This document shows, piece by piece, positions 1 to 9,770 of a stretch of DNA of 64,000 bases. A program made the translations under genes and the position numbers. The notes under the pieces were generated by a model that saw only the letters and a list, made by a program, of their open reading frames with translations, ran no database searches and had not been told where the DNA came from. This stretch comes from an uncultured virus (IMG/VR IMGVR_UViG_3300024179_000001). Taxonomy: Duplodnaviria > Heunggongvirae > Uroviricota > Caudoviricetes. The stretch's first letter is position 1. Every line of letters begins with the position of its first letter. The DNA lies in IMG/VR virus record IMGVR_UViG_3300024179_000001. One strand, given 5' to 3'.

Positions 1-1
1 T

Positions 2-403
2 GTGTGGCACAAGGATGGCTGGCTCCCTTATATCGGTAACATCACTTCGCTCGATGGCGCCTGCACCGTTTTCAACGGAGGACTCGAGACGGCCGGAGTT
101 CCGTGGACGCGGTCAGACATCGTCAACGCAAAAAAAGTTGCGTGCGTCAGCTTCGATGAAGCCATCGGGTCTTTTGAGTGGGACTGTGTGAAGATGGACG
201 TCGAAGGAGCGGAAGCCGAGATCATCGTATACTCAAAACCTGAGACACTGAACAGAATCAGGTTCATGTACATCGAGTTCCATCCATGGATACCGCAAGA
301 TCTCTACGATTCGATGATCAGAAAACTTCAGGATTTCTTCACCTTCGAGGGTCTCTACGTCAACGATCAAGGCCGCTGGGAGGCGGCTTACCTCACCCGA
401 TAA
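2..403 (+). CDS. FkbM-family SAM methyltransferase (5' truncated by window edge)
   Basis: DCVKMDVEGAE...IEFH motif typical of the FkbM C-terminal half. Confidence 0.85.
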   Translation: MWHKDGWLPYIGNITSLDGACTVFNGGLETAGVPWTRSDIVNAKKVACVSFDEAIGSFEWDCVKMDVEGAEAEIIVYSKPETLNRIRFMYIEFHPWIPQDLYDSMIRKLQDFFTFEGLYVNDQGRWEAAYLTR

Positions 404-404
404 C

Positions 405-1109
405 ATGGCACCGAAATCAATTAACCGCGAAAAAGTGGAAGTGACATCTGGCGGAAAACGCGCCTCTCTGTTTACGAGAGAACCCGTCGATTTGGACATC
501 ATTGCGGAAATTTGGAAGCGCAACGTATACAAAGCGTTCCCAGAGAATGGGATGCGCGTCATGGACGTCGGTGCCCATAAAGGATTTTTCTCCATTCTTT
601 GTGCTCTTCACGGAGCAATCGTAACTTCTTTCGAGCCTCATCCGTCGACATTCTTGGAACTCACTGCGAACATCAAGCTTAACTCAATGGATTCACAGGT
701 TTTTCCAAACAAATTAGCAATCTGGTCGGAGAACACGATTCTTCGCCTTCATCAGAATCCGGGAAATCCCGGCGGCAGTAATGTGCATCGGGATCGCTGT
801 GAGTGCGTTGGTGCTTGCAAGGACCTTCCCGTTGTGGAAATCCCCTCAGTCAGTTTCACTTCTGCTTTAGGAGAGAACGAGTGGGATATTGTAAAATTGG
901 ACTGCGAAGGAGCCGAGTACGATTTCCTCTGCAAGACTCCCGACGATTCCTTATCCCTGATCCGCTACCTAACGATGGAAGTTCACGACTGGTCCGGTGT
1001 GGAAGTCTACCGCCGGATGGTCAGGAAACTTTCACGCATTTTCCACATTAAGGGCGAAGGGAAGAACGGGAAATTGTTCTACTATCTCCACGCCACAAGG
1101 AGAACATGA
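405..1109 (+). CDS. FkbM-family SAM methyltransferase
   Basis: VMDVGAHKGFFS, SFEP, DIVKLDCEGAEY and MEVH motifs. Confidence 0.9.
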   Translation: MAPKSINREKVEVTSGGKRASLFTREPVDLDIIAEIWKRNVYKAFPENGMRVMDVGAHKGFFSILCALHGAIVTSFEPHPSTFLELTANIKLNSMDSQVFPNKLAIWSENTILRLHQNPGNPGGSNVHRDRCECVGACKDLPVVEIPSVSFTSALGENEWDIVKLDCEGAEYDFLCKTPDDSLSLIRYLTMEVHDWSGVEVYRRMVRKLSRIFHIKGEGKNGKLFYYLHATRRT

Positions 1110-1591
1110 TCATGCAACCATTCGTAAGTTACGCCACAAATACGGGACAAACCACGCATCTTGCATCTGGAAACGACATTGCAGTTTACCCCTTCACTGT
1201 GCCATTCAAGATGGATGTGCGAGCACTCTGCGCGTTCATCGGAGTTGGTGACGGATCTAACAATTCCGACATCGGCATCTACGATGTGAACGGAACATTG
1301 CTCGGCCACATCGGTGCTCAAAAGATTGGAACGGCAGCCGCTCAAAGTTTTGGAATTTTGGATGGACCGATTATTCTCGAACCAGGAACTTACCTGTTTG
1401 CATTCACCAGCGAGGACGTTACTTTGGCGTGGGCCGTTGGAAGCCCTGCTTATCCCATCAGCCTTTATTCCACCAACTCCGTGTCAAGCGGTGGAGAACT
1501 GCCAGCGTCAATTGATGTGCTGTCCGAAATTGGGGAGGACATCACTGCCGCTCCACATCAGGGTTATCCGCCAGTGATGATTCTGCGTTAA
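1106..1591 (+). CDS. hypothetical beta-rich protein, possibly virion-associated
   Basis: AGGAG SD; DIGIYD...LEPGTYLFAF beta-sandwich-like pattern. Confidence 0.6.
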   Translation: MIMQPFVSYATNTGQTTHLASGNDIAVYPFTVPFKMDVRALCAFIGVGDGSNNSDIGIYDVNGTLLGHIGAQKIGTAAAQSFGILDGPIILEPGTYLFAFTSEDVTLAWAVGSPAYPISLYSTNSVSSGGELPASIDVLSEIGEDITAAPHQGYPPVMILR

Positions 1592-1599
1592 ACAATCAA

Positions 1600-1629
1600 G
1601 GGGCGTTCTTCGGAACGCCCCACTTTCTT
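1600..1629 (+). terminator. probable intrinsic terminator hairpin
   Basis: GGGGCGTTC-TTCG-GAACGCCCC followed by ACTTTCTT. Confidence 0.6.
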
Positions 1630-1643
1630 CAAGAATGGATACG

Positions 1644-2234
1644 ATGGCACCGAAATCACACTGGGAAATAGATCCTTGGGACGACAAAGAAATTTGGAAG
1701 CGTGTGATCGCACACGAAGAATACGATCCTCTGGAAGCGCGCGACCAAGCGCGATTAATCTTCGGTCTCGATACCGGAGCTCGTTGCCTTGAAATCGGTG
1801 CCGGCGTCGGCAGGCTGCTAAAGGAAGGCGGCCATGGATTTTTTCAATGCGTTGGTGTGGACTCCTCGATATCTCTCGTGGCCAGATCGACACGCTTTCT
1901 GATGTTTGAACCGATGTGCCGCGTGATCCTTACCGACGGGATGCACCTTCCATTCCCGGATGGGCATTTCGATTTCGTGTACTCGTTCACCTGTTTTCAG
2001 CACATGGAGTCGCTCGAGACGATCCGCAAGAATCTTTGCGAGGCGGTACGAGTGTTACGGCCGACACGGAAATTCAAGATGCAGACCGTCTGTGGCGAAC
2101 GGGCCTCCGGGCGCTATGACGGTTATGTCTTTGAATCCACCTACGAATTGAGTGCCGAACTTTTCAAGGCCGGATTCAACGAGGTGAGCGTCGTTCAACA
2201 GGCCGACTGGCTGTGGGCCACAGGAGTAAGGTGA
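1644..2234 (+). CDS. class I SAM-dependent methyltransferase (Methyltransf_11-like)
   Basis: LEIGAGVGR, GVDSS, LPFPDGHFDFVYS, RVLRP; alternative start at 1635. Confidence 0.9.
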   Translation: MAPKSHWEIDPWDDKEIWKRVIAHEEYDPLEARDQARLIFGLDTGARCLEIGAGVGRLLKEGGHGFFQCVGVDSSISLVARSTRFLMFEPMCRVILTDGMHLPFPDGHFDFVYSFTCFQHMESLETIRKNLCEAVRVLRPTRKFKMQTVCGERASGRYDGYVFESTYELSAELFKAGFNEVSVVQQADWLWATGVR

Positions 2235-3208
2235 TGATTATTGAAGCCGTGGTCGTGACGACGTACAGAAGGCCTGAGCTGCTCTACTGTTGCCTGAAGC
2301 GGATCCGCGAAATCGATCCATGGATTCCGATCTACGTCTTCCCGGATCGTGGGAGCGTCAATGATAAGGAACTCGCTCCGGTCATCGAAGCGTTCCAGAA
2401 AAACGTGCAGTGGAATTTTGTGCCGGATCACGACTATCACGGAAATTCCTTCAACACGATGGAGGCATTGCGGCTTGTTTACAACAATGATCACGGCCGT
2501 GTCTATTACGTGGAAGACGACGTGATGGTGCACAGGGATTTTTTTTCGTGGCACCGGGAGCAGCACGAGCTCTGGCCGAGGATCTTTGGAACGATGGCGT
2601 GGATCTTTAATCGCCACGCACCAATTGTCGATGACGTCCTCTTCCAGCCCTGGTACTACGCTATCGGGAGCTGCTTCAAGAGAGACAAGCTGAAACTAAT
2701 CGTCGAGCACGCGACGCCTCGATATTACGAGGACATGGCTGGTTACGTCGGAAAGCATTTTGGAGACACTCCGCTGAACAAGCGGCCGTTCGGGATCGAG
2801 CACTTCGAGCAGGATGGTCTGATCCAGAGAGTTTTGGACAGGGACAAGACGCAGACGATTTCTCCGGGAATCACGAAGTGCAGCCACGTTGGCATGTACG
2901 GCTACAACCGTGGATGGAGCACGGGGATCGATCTTTTCTCCGGGCTCGATCGCTTTGAGGATCGCGTAGAACGCCTCGAGGTTTTCATCGCCGATCCGTA
3001 TGAACGCGCGGAAATGTTCGGACGTGACATCGTTGAGCGCGAGATCGGATACGAACTACCGAAGCGCGAGCTCCGCTATAAAGTGAAGCATCCAGTGGGA
3101 TGGGAAAGCGAATACATCTCCGAGCGTGTTCTCACTCCTAAGGCTTTGCCGACGCGCGTCAACTCCATGCGGGTAACGGCAGAAACGACCTTCGAGCTCG
3201 TGAAGTAA
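2234..3208 (+). CDS. GT-A fold glycosyltransferase
   Basis: VVVTTYRRPELL N-terminus, YYVEDD (DxD-like) and late HVG motif. Confidence 0.75.
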   Translation: MIIEAVVVTTYRRPELLYCCLKRIREIDPWIPIYVFPDRGSVNDKELAPVIEAFQKNVQWNFVPDHDYHGNSFNTMEALRLVYNNDHGRVYYVEDDVMVHRDFFSWHREQHELWPRIFGTMAWIFNRHAPIVDDVLFQPWYYAIGSCFKRDKLKLIVEHATPRYYEDMAGYVGKHFGDTPLNKRPFGIEHFEQDGLIQRVLDRDKTQTISPGITKCSHVGMYGYNRGWSTGIDLFSGLDRFEDRVERLEVFIADPYERAEMFGRDIVEREIGYELPKRELRYKVKHPVGWESEYISERVLTPKALPTRVNSMRVTAETTFELVK

Positions 3209-3281
3209 AATCTGTGGTAGAGTAAGTCTCGAATCTCGCCAGAATCGGGCTGGCCTTCTAAACCGTTTTGGAGGCATCCCG

Positions 3282-3959
3282 ATGACCGCTTACGACAATA
3301 CACCACAATCAGTAGTCGAAATGCTGATCCCGGGCAGGCCTTCCTACGCTTACGGATCGAAAGCTCCCGGCCCGACGTGCCGGATGATCATCGATCACGA
3401 CTCGGTGACCACGAACGTCGTGACACTGACCGTCACCATTGTCGATGGAAACATTCCTCTCGTTGGTGATCTGATCTACGTTTATGCAACGGCGAACAGC
3501 GCCGGAGCTCTCAACCAAACGACAGGAATCGCGATCTCTGCCGTGAATATCACGGCCGCAACCGGAAAGGGCACCATCAGTTACCCGAAGACCGTCGGCA
3601 ACCAAGGAAACACTGTCGACACCGGATACGCGCTCTCGACGCCACAGGAAATTGCAGAGGCTCTGACCACCAACAAGAGCCGAGCGTTTGCGATCCAGAA
3701 CACTCTTGGGCGTGGCTATGGAGTGAGCTGGGCTTTCACATATCCATCGGCGCCGGCATCCGGATCCATCCAGCTGGAGGGCGCGATAAACGACGTCGAT
3801 AGCGAGTACACAATCATCGGAGCCGCGAACACAACGGTGTCCGGTTATAACGAGGTTTTTGCCACCGTTCCGGAGCTCGTCAACTTCGTGCGCCTGCACG
3901 TCACCGCCGCGAGTGGTGGAACGAACCCGACAGTTATCGGGAAGATCCTACAAGCCTAA
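3282..3959 (+). CDS. putative virion structural protein
   Basis: GGAGG SD; Thr/Ala/Gly-rich beta-strand protein. Confidence 0.55.
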   Translation: MTAYDNTPQSVVEMLIPGRPSYAYGSKAPGPTCRMIIDHDSVTTNVVTLTVTIVDGNIPLVGDLIYVYATANSAGALNQTTGIAISAVNITAATGKGTISYPKTVGNQGNTVDTGYALSTPQEIAEALTTNKSRAFAIQNTLGRGYGVSWAFTYPSAPASGSIQLEGAINDVDSEYTIIGAANTTVSGYNEVFATVPELVNFVRLHVTAASGGTNPTVIGKILQA

Positions 3960-3972
3960 GAGGCGCTAAAGT

Positions 3973-6645
3973 ATGGCAATAGGGTTTGTCCAAGCGCCTG
4001 CGGCCCCGGCATCGGGAACGTCCAGCCCTGTGACGCTGGCGTTTGGCTCGAACAACACGCTTGGAAATTTCCTCATTGCGTTCGTCCAGCTAAACAGCGG
4101 AGCCACGTTCACGAGCCTGACCGATTCGCAAGGGAATTCATGGTCGCAGGCTGGAGCATTTCAGGCCGACAGCGGTGGCAATAAGATCGGCGTGTTCTTC
4201 GCCATGAACGCGAAGGCTGGCGCGAATACCGTGTCTCTGGCCTTCACGGGCGGAATCACAGTTCGACTGGGTACAGCGGAATATTCCGGCGTCGCTCGAA
4301 CTTCCGCATTTGATACTTCCAACGGCGCAGCGGCAACCTCTGCATCCGTAACTGGCGGCGCGATCACTCCAGCTGCAGCTGGTGAGCTGTTCATTCTCGC
4401 TGGCGTGGCGTTGACTGCGCCAACTTGGGCAGCAGGCACGAGCATCAGCACAGTCTTGTACGGTGGCGCGAGAGCAGCAAACCTCGGCTATAACCTGTCT
4501 GGCGGATCCGGCAGCCTGACTCCCACCATGACCATCGCCTCTGCGGCTAACGCAGGCGTTGTGGCAGCGTTCACGCCGGGATTCACGATCTCTGGAAACA
4601 TTGGTGTTCCCTTTGGACTCGTTTCTTACACGGGAACCGTCAGTGGTTCCGTGCAAGCTGATGCGTCTGGAAACTATACGATTCCTACTTTGGGAAACGG
4701 ATCGAGCCTCACGATCACGCCATCCGCAAACGGCGTTACGTTCTCGCCGACGAATTCCTCGCAGACAATCAGCGGTGCCAACATCACGGGAGTGAATTTC
4801 ACTGCGACCATTACCCCCGTGATCGGCGTCTGGTCGGATCAGGGCACGGTGATCAACACGATCAGCGGAAATCACCTCGAATCCAGCACCCTCATGTACG
4901 AGGCAAACCCAGTCATAATCTCTCCTAACCCGGATGGAAAAGTTTTCAAGATTTGGGGCAGCACAGTTGCCGGGCCATGCTACTCGGAGTCTTCAGACTG
5001 CGTCACTTGGCATGACTATGGAAGCAATCCATTGGTCGCTCAGGGGCCGGGACAGTTTGAAACCAAAGTGAAAAAAGTCGGCAGCACGTACTACATGTTC
5101 ACTGGTCCGATTCCCGGTGGTCCGGTTGCAGTGTACACATCCACGGATGGCGTCACGTTCAGCTTGCAGAACGCAAGTGCCATCACTGTGGGTGGCGTGG
5201 GAACGGATGACCACATCTGGGCCGGGCAGCTTGCAGTCGTCGATATCGTGGGCGGAACTTGGTTCGCTTACTACGCGGGACAAGCGGTAGCAAATGGTCC
5301 GTATGTGATGATTCAAGCTACTTCACCTGATGGCATCACTTGGACGAAAAACTACAGCAATGAAATCACGAGTTTTGGCCCGAGCAATTTCGATTTTCAC
5401 AAAGTGAACGGAGTCTACTACGGCTGGTCCCAAGTAGTCATAAATGGCATTCCGAATTTCGGCTCTCTCGGTTTACCGTCGGACATCATGCGTTATTCGT
5501 CGTCCAGCCCATCCGGCCCGTGGACAGCGCTTGCAACTCCGACGTTCTACAGGACGCTGGCTTCTGAAGGCATCGGCCTGACGACAGGTCAGGTTGCCGA
5601 TCCTTCGATGGTGGAAGTGAACGGCGTCACTTATATGACCTTCACCGCAAAGTCGGCGGGACAGACCGGGAACAACGGGGTCGTCAATCTGGCAAAAGCC
5701 AACGCGACCATCGCACAAATAGTTGGCAGTTACGAAGGTGTGGTCAACGTCCCGATCCCCGGTACAGGCGGCTTCGAGATCAACGGCATCGGCGCAGGTC
5801 AATCGGGACAGATCGCCAGCGACAACTTTAACCGCGCTGATTCAAATCCCATCGGAGGAAACTGGACAACTATAAATGGAGCCGCTGTCACTCAGCTTTT
5901 GTCCAGCCAAGCAACTGCCGCTGTCGCGGGGACAACCGGAGAATCTTGGTGGAATGCCAACGCGTTTCCGAATGATCAGTGGGCACAAATAACGCTCCCC
6001 GTTTTCTCCGCTTCTCCGACTTCTTTTGGTGGCGTGGCTCTGCGAATGAACATGTCAGGGGTGTACACAGATTATCGCTGCTTCATCGCTTCAAACGGCA
6101 ACGGGAACATAGGGAGATTCAACGCGGGATCGAGCCTGAGTCTGTTTAGCCACGTCGCCACCGTTGCGCCGGGGGATACGGTAACAGGTACAGTAATGGG
6201 AATCGTTCTGGCGGTCTACGACGGCCGGAACTTGCTCGGGATCGCAAACGATGGGTTGGTCACTTCCGGCGCCGCTGGCCTTCTGATCGACCCGGTGACG
6301 TCGGTAGCAAACGCGGCCGCCGACAACTGGTCAGCTGGCAGCATCGCCGCTTCTCCAAGCATCGTTTTTGGCATTCGAGGAAATGCCGGGATTGCGGGAG
6401 CAACAGTCAGTTGGGTGGGACCTACATCGGGCTCCACAACCGCAGACGGCTCGGGTAACTTCAACACTGGAGAGATCCTTCCGAACGGAGTGTATACGGT
6501 CACGCCCACTTTGGCGGGGCACGCGTTCACGCCAGCGAACAAATCGGTAATCGTTTTGAATGCGGACACGACTGGAGTGAACTTTACGGCCGCAGCATCC
6601 GGTGGCGGTACGGGAGAGAAATTCGACTTCACGTTTCGATTCTGA
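3973..6645 (+). CDS. multidomain fibre/receptor-binding protein with GH43/GH32-like beta-propeller
   Basis: S-x-DG-x-TW/F boxes, VADPSMVEVNGVTYM; two carboxypeptidase-regulatory-like repeats ending TGVNFTA; lectin-like domain. Confidence 0.65.
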   Translation: MAIGFVQAPAAPASGTSSPVTLAFGSNNTLGNFLIAFVQLNSGATFTSLTDSQGNSWSQAGAFQADSGGNKIGVFFAMNAKAGANTVSLAFTGGITVRLGTAEYSGVARTSAFDTSNGAAATSASVTGGAITPAAAGELFILAGVALTAPTWAAGTSISTVLYGGARAANLGYNLSGGSGSLTPTMTIASAANAGVVAAFTPGFTISGNIGVPFGLVSYTGTVSGSVQADASGNYTIPTLGNGSSLTITPSANGVTFSPTNSSQTISGANITGVNFTATITPVIGVWSDQGTVINTISGNHLESSTLMYEANPVIISPNPDGKVFKIWGSTVAGPCYSESSDCVTWHDYGSNPLVAQGPGQFETKVKKVGSTYYMFTGPIPGGPVAVYTSTDGVTFSLQNASAITVGGVGTDDHIWAGQLAVVDIVGGTWFAYYAGQAVANGPYVMIQATSPDGITWTKNYSNEITSFGPSNFDFHKVNGVYYGWSQVVINGIPNFGSLGLPSDIMRYSSSSPSGPWTALATPTFYRTLASEGIGLTTGQVADPSMVEVNGVTYMTFTAKSAGQTGNNGVVNLAKANATIAQIVGSYEGVVNVPIPGTGGFEINGIGAGQSGQIASDNFNRADSNPIGGNWTTINGAAVTQLLSSQATAAVAGTTGESWWNANAFPNDQWAQITLPVFSASPTSFGGVALRMNMSGVYTDYRCFIASNGNGNIGRFNAGSSLSLFSHVATVAPGDTVTGTVMGIVLAVYDGRNLLGIANDGLVTSGAAGLLIDPVTSVANAAADNWSAGSIAASPSIVFGIRGNAGIAGATVSWVGPTSGSTTADGSGNFNTGEILPNGVYTVTPTLAGHAFTPANKSVIVLNADTTGVNFTAAASGGGTGEKFDFTFRF

Positions 6646-6650
6646 AGAAA

Positions 6651-7280
6651 ATGACAAACTATATCACCATCGTAAACACAAACTTCCCGCAAGCGGATGG
6701 CCCACTCAATCCGGCTCAATGGACAACCCTGCCGGGAACAAGTGCGATGGCTGTCGCCAGCCACCTTGCAGAGGCTTCGGTTAACAACACGCCTTGTGCA
6801 GCGTTTTGGAGTGCAGATTCTTTTCCGTTGGTCGGAAACCAATGGTGCGAAGCTGCTCTCCATCAATTGGGTGGAAACACGGCGAACTTCGTCGATATTT
6901 TCATACTTACCTCCGAGCCGTCTGTTCTGGGAGGTTTTTTCGCAGAAGCCGTATCAAATGGCAATGGAACCATCGGTATCAGTCTGTTTGACAATACGTC
7001 AGAATTGCAGATCGGTCCTACGTTCAACGTGACATTCGTTGTCGATGCGATCTTGAGGGTCGAGTTCATCAACGGTGTGGTCACGATGAAATATAACGGC
7101 GTGACCATCGAATCGATTGGTGGGCTCTCTTCTCACAATTCTGATTCCGGGCCTCCGGGGATGTTCGTGGGCACAGCGGATGTGGTGACCAACGCGACGG
7201 TGTCACATTTTTCCGCTGGAACAATTGTTCCGAGTAGCGGTAGTTCTGAGTTAGACTTTGGTTTCCGCTTTAAGTTTTAG
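6651..7280 (+). CDS. lectin-like virion protein, paralogous to a domain of the upstream gene
   Basis: NFPQADGPLNPAQWTT resembles DNFNRADSNPIGGNWTT; similar C-terminal motif. Confidence 0.55.
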   Translation: MTNYITIVNTNFPQADGPLNPAQWTTLPGTSAMAVASHLAEASVNNTPCAAFWSADSFPLVGNQWCEAALHQLGGNTANFVDIFILTSEPSVLGGFFAEAVSNGNGTIGISLFDNTSELQIGPTFNVTFVVDAILRVEFINGVVTMKYNGVTIESIGGLSSHNSDSGPPGMFVGTADVVTNATVSHFSAGTIVPSSGSSELDFGFRFKF

Positions 7281-7299
7281 AAAGTCGAAGGAGAAAGTC

Positions 7300-8208
7300 G
7301 TGAAGAAAATCTACCCAGCCTTGTTGTTCACACTCGCCCTGTGTCTCGCTCCCTTTTCAATGGCTCAAGTCAGCTTGTGGCCATCCACAACAGTTCCAGC
7401 GGTTCCAGATAACATAGACACTCGGCCTGCCGAATTGGGCGTGCAGTTCAAATCGGACGTCGCTGGAAAAATCACCGCGCTGCGCTTTTACAAAGGAGCC
7501 CACAATACCGGGACGCACACTGGCCACCTCTGGAGCAGCACGGGAACACTGCTGGCGAGCGCCACCTTCACAAGCGAGACGGCTACGGGCTGGCAGCAGG
7601 TTACGCTTTCAACTCCTATTGCGATTTCAGCCAACACGATCTACGTGGCTTCGTATTTCTCTCCAACCGGAAATTTCAGTTACACGCGTCCATATTTCAC
7701 GGTGAGCTGGGACACTCCACCGCTTCATGCTCCAGCCAGCACGACGACACTTCTGAATGGCGTCTATGCCTATGGAGCGACGAGCACTTTTCCCTCTTCG
7801 AGTTTTCAGCAATCAAATTATTACGCGGACATAGTGTTCGTCTCTGGTCCACAATTTCCCACGTCAGTCACCACGACTGTCGGTCCTGTCGGCATCACGC
7901 TAACTTGCGGATCCACAGGGTCCGTAACACTTGGACCTTTGACTTTCACCTGCAACGCAATCGGACCAGCGCACAACGTGCTGGTTGCCTGGACGGCGTC
8001 TACGAGCGTGGTGGTCGGATACAACGTCTACCGCAGTACGACGAGCGGCACTGGCTACGCCAAGATCAACACGTCGCTCATCAGCGCCCTGAACTACACG
8101 GACGGAAACGTGCAAAGCGGAACCACTTACTTCTATGTGGCCACAGCCGTGGACTCGAGCGGTGCAGAGAGTGCGTTTTCAAATCAGGGCACGGCGGTCA
8201 TCCCGTAA
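7300..8208 (+). CDS. secreted DUF4082 + fibronectin type III protein
   Basis: AAGGAG SD with GTG start; signal peptide; ELGVQFKSDVAGKITALRFYK (DUF4082); GYNVYRSTTSG...YFYVATAVDSSGAESAFSN (FN3). Confidence 0.85.
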   Translation: MKKIYPALLFTLALCLAPFSMAQVSLWPSTTVPAVPDNIDTRPAELGVQFKSDVAGKITALRFYKGAHNTGTHTGHLWSSTGTLLASATFTSETATGWQQVTLSTPIAISANTIYVASYFSPTGNFSYTRPYFTVSWDTPPLHAPASTTTLLNGVYAYGATSTFPSSSFQQSNYYADIVFVSGPQFPTSVTTTVGPVGITLTCGSTGSVTLGPLTFTCNAIGPAHNVLVAWTASTSVVVGYNVYRSTTSGTGYAKINTSLISALNYTDGNVQSGTTYFYVATAVDSSGAESAFSNQGTAVIP

Positions 8209-8534
8209 TGAACCCCAAGAAAAAGTCACTGGGGATCTATCTGACGACGGGGAGGGATGAGATCTTGGTTCACATCCCGCTTCGTTTCGTCCTCGAAGAC
8301 ATCCCGCAACCTCCAAATCTGGAGCAGCTCAAACGGGCTTACCTGACAAAGCGCGAAGAAGAAGTTCTGCACGGCGTGATGGAAGGGAAGGGCAACAAGG
8401 AAATCGCCGAGGATATACATCTGACCGAACGCACCGTGAAATTTCACATATCGAGTCTTCTGGCGAAGCACAGGGTTGTCTCGCGCATTCAGCTGTACGG
8501 CATCTACGCAAACGCAGGTGGAGAACGGCAATGA
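8208..8534 (+). CDS. LuxR-type HTH transcriptional regulator
   Basis: LTKREEEVL...GKGNKEIAEDIHLTERTVKFHISSLLAK; ATG overlaps upstream TAA. Confidence 0.9.
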   Translation: MNPKKKSLGIYLTTGRDEILVHIPLRFVLEDIPQPPNLEQLKRAYLTKREEEVLHGVMEGKGNKEIAEDIHLTERTVKFHISSLLAKHRVVSRIQLYGIYANAGGERQ

Positions 8535-8947
8535 TGAGTCTCTGGGAATGGTTCATGCAAAATACGCTGCTGATTTTCGGTGTACTCTTCGCGTTCTACA
8601 TCATCGCGTTCAATAAATTACCCGGCATCACGGGATGGCAGGCCTTTCTCGACAGCTTTGAAAGCAAGGGCGGCCAACTCTTGTTGCTGTGGGTATCGGA
8701 CGGTTTAGTCCTTCTGCTGCTCATTCATTTCTGGAAACTATTCGATGCCCAACTCCAGACCACCATCGTTGGAATTCTTTCGGCGGTGAACGGCGCTTTC
8801 CTTGGTGCGATTGGTGCACGTAACACCAACGAAGCCGGAGTGAATGGAAGTGGGAAGGGCCCAGCAACACCTGCACCAGCACCAGCACCTGCGCCGAAGC
8901 CGTCGCCGGCGCCGGCGCCGACTGCTGTGACTGACGTGCATCCGTAA
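8531..8947 (+). CDS. multi-TM membrane protein, holin candidate
   Basis: About three hydrophobic segments, Pro-Ala tail, upstream of the endolysin. Confidence 0.55.
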   Translation: MMSLWEWFMQNTLLIFGVLFAFYIIAFNKLPGITGWQAFLDSFESKGGQLLLLWVSDGLVLLLLIHFWKLFDAQLQTTIVGILSAVNGAFLGAIGARNTNEAGVNGSGKGPATPAPAPAPAPKPSPAPAPTAVTDVHP

Positions 8948-8964
8948 AAACAAGGGGCCACTTA

Positions 8965-9273
8965 ATGGGGATCCACTGGGACGGCACGATCACGCTGGGG
9001 AACGTGATTACGTTCTTTCTTTTCGCACTCGCGCTTATCAATTTTTGGAGAGCGCAAAGTGCTGCAAAAGAAGCGCAGTTGGAAGCCAAAAAGGATCTCG
9101 AGTGGCGAATCGCCAATCTTGAAGTTTGGCGCAAAGAGCACATGATCGACTCGGATGCGAGAGATCTTCTTCTAAGGAAGCTCGATGGCGCTACAGAGCT
9201 TCTCGAGTATCTGGTAAAAGAGAGGCATCGGGACAACGAGGGCAGGCGCAAGCCGAGAGAGGGACAGTACTGA
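8965..9273 (+). CDS. single-TM coiled-coil protein (lysis-associated)
   Basis: N-terminal TM segment then charged helix; adjacent to the endolysin. Confidence 0.55.
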   Translation: MGIHWDGTITLGNVITFFLFALALINFWRAQSAAKEAQLEAKKDLEWRIANLEVWRKEHMIDSDARDLLLRKLDGATELLEYLVKERHRDNEGRRKPREGQY

Positions 9274-9770
9274 TGCAGTTTTCTGAGCACTTCGATAGCA
9301 GCGAATTCGAGATGGACGCGCCGATTCCGGCAGAGTGCGTGGATGTGGCGATAGAGTTCTGCACGCTGGTCCTCGAGCCGATCCGCGCTTTCATCGATGA
9401 ACCCATGGATATCACGAGCGGCTACAGGCCACCAGGCGCGAACGCAGCGACGCATGGCGCCTTACACAGTGAGCACATCTGGACCGCACGCCATTGTGCC
9501 GCAGATTTCACTTTCAATACTTCAATCGGCAGGATTTCTTCCATCAGGGCGCTCTTCAATCTAATCCGCGAAAGCCCTTCGATCCCGTTCCATCAGGTGA
9601 TCCTCGAGCACGGCGCCAGCGGCACGAGCATCATTCACGTCAGCTACAACCTCGACAAGATCGGCGTTCGCCAAGCACTGGAAGGTGCCACTCACAACGC
9701 GTCGCCCTACACTTCGTGGGAAGTTGCCACGTATATTCCAACCGCCCCCGGGGGACAGGAGAACGCGTGA
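9273..9770 (+). CDS. endolysin, peptidase M15A family
   Basis: HFDSSEF, LEPIR, ITSGYR, SEH, AADF and IHVS motifs. Confidence 0.85.
   Translation: MQFSEHFDSSEFEMDAPIPAECVDVAIEFCTLVLEPIRAFIDEPMDITSGYRPPGANAATHGALHSEHIWTARHCAADFTFNTSIGRISSIRALFNLIRESPSIPFHQVILEHGASGTSIIHVSYNLDKIGVRQALEGATHNASPYTSWEVATYIPTAPGGQENA

Noticed and set aside
8870..8925. GCACCA/GCGCCG short repeats
   Set aside because: Encode the Pro-Ala tail of the holin candidate.
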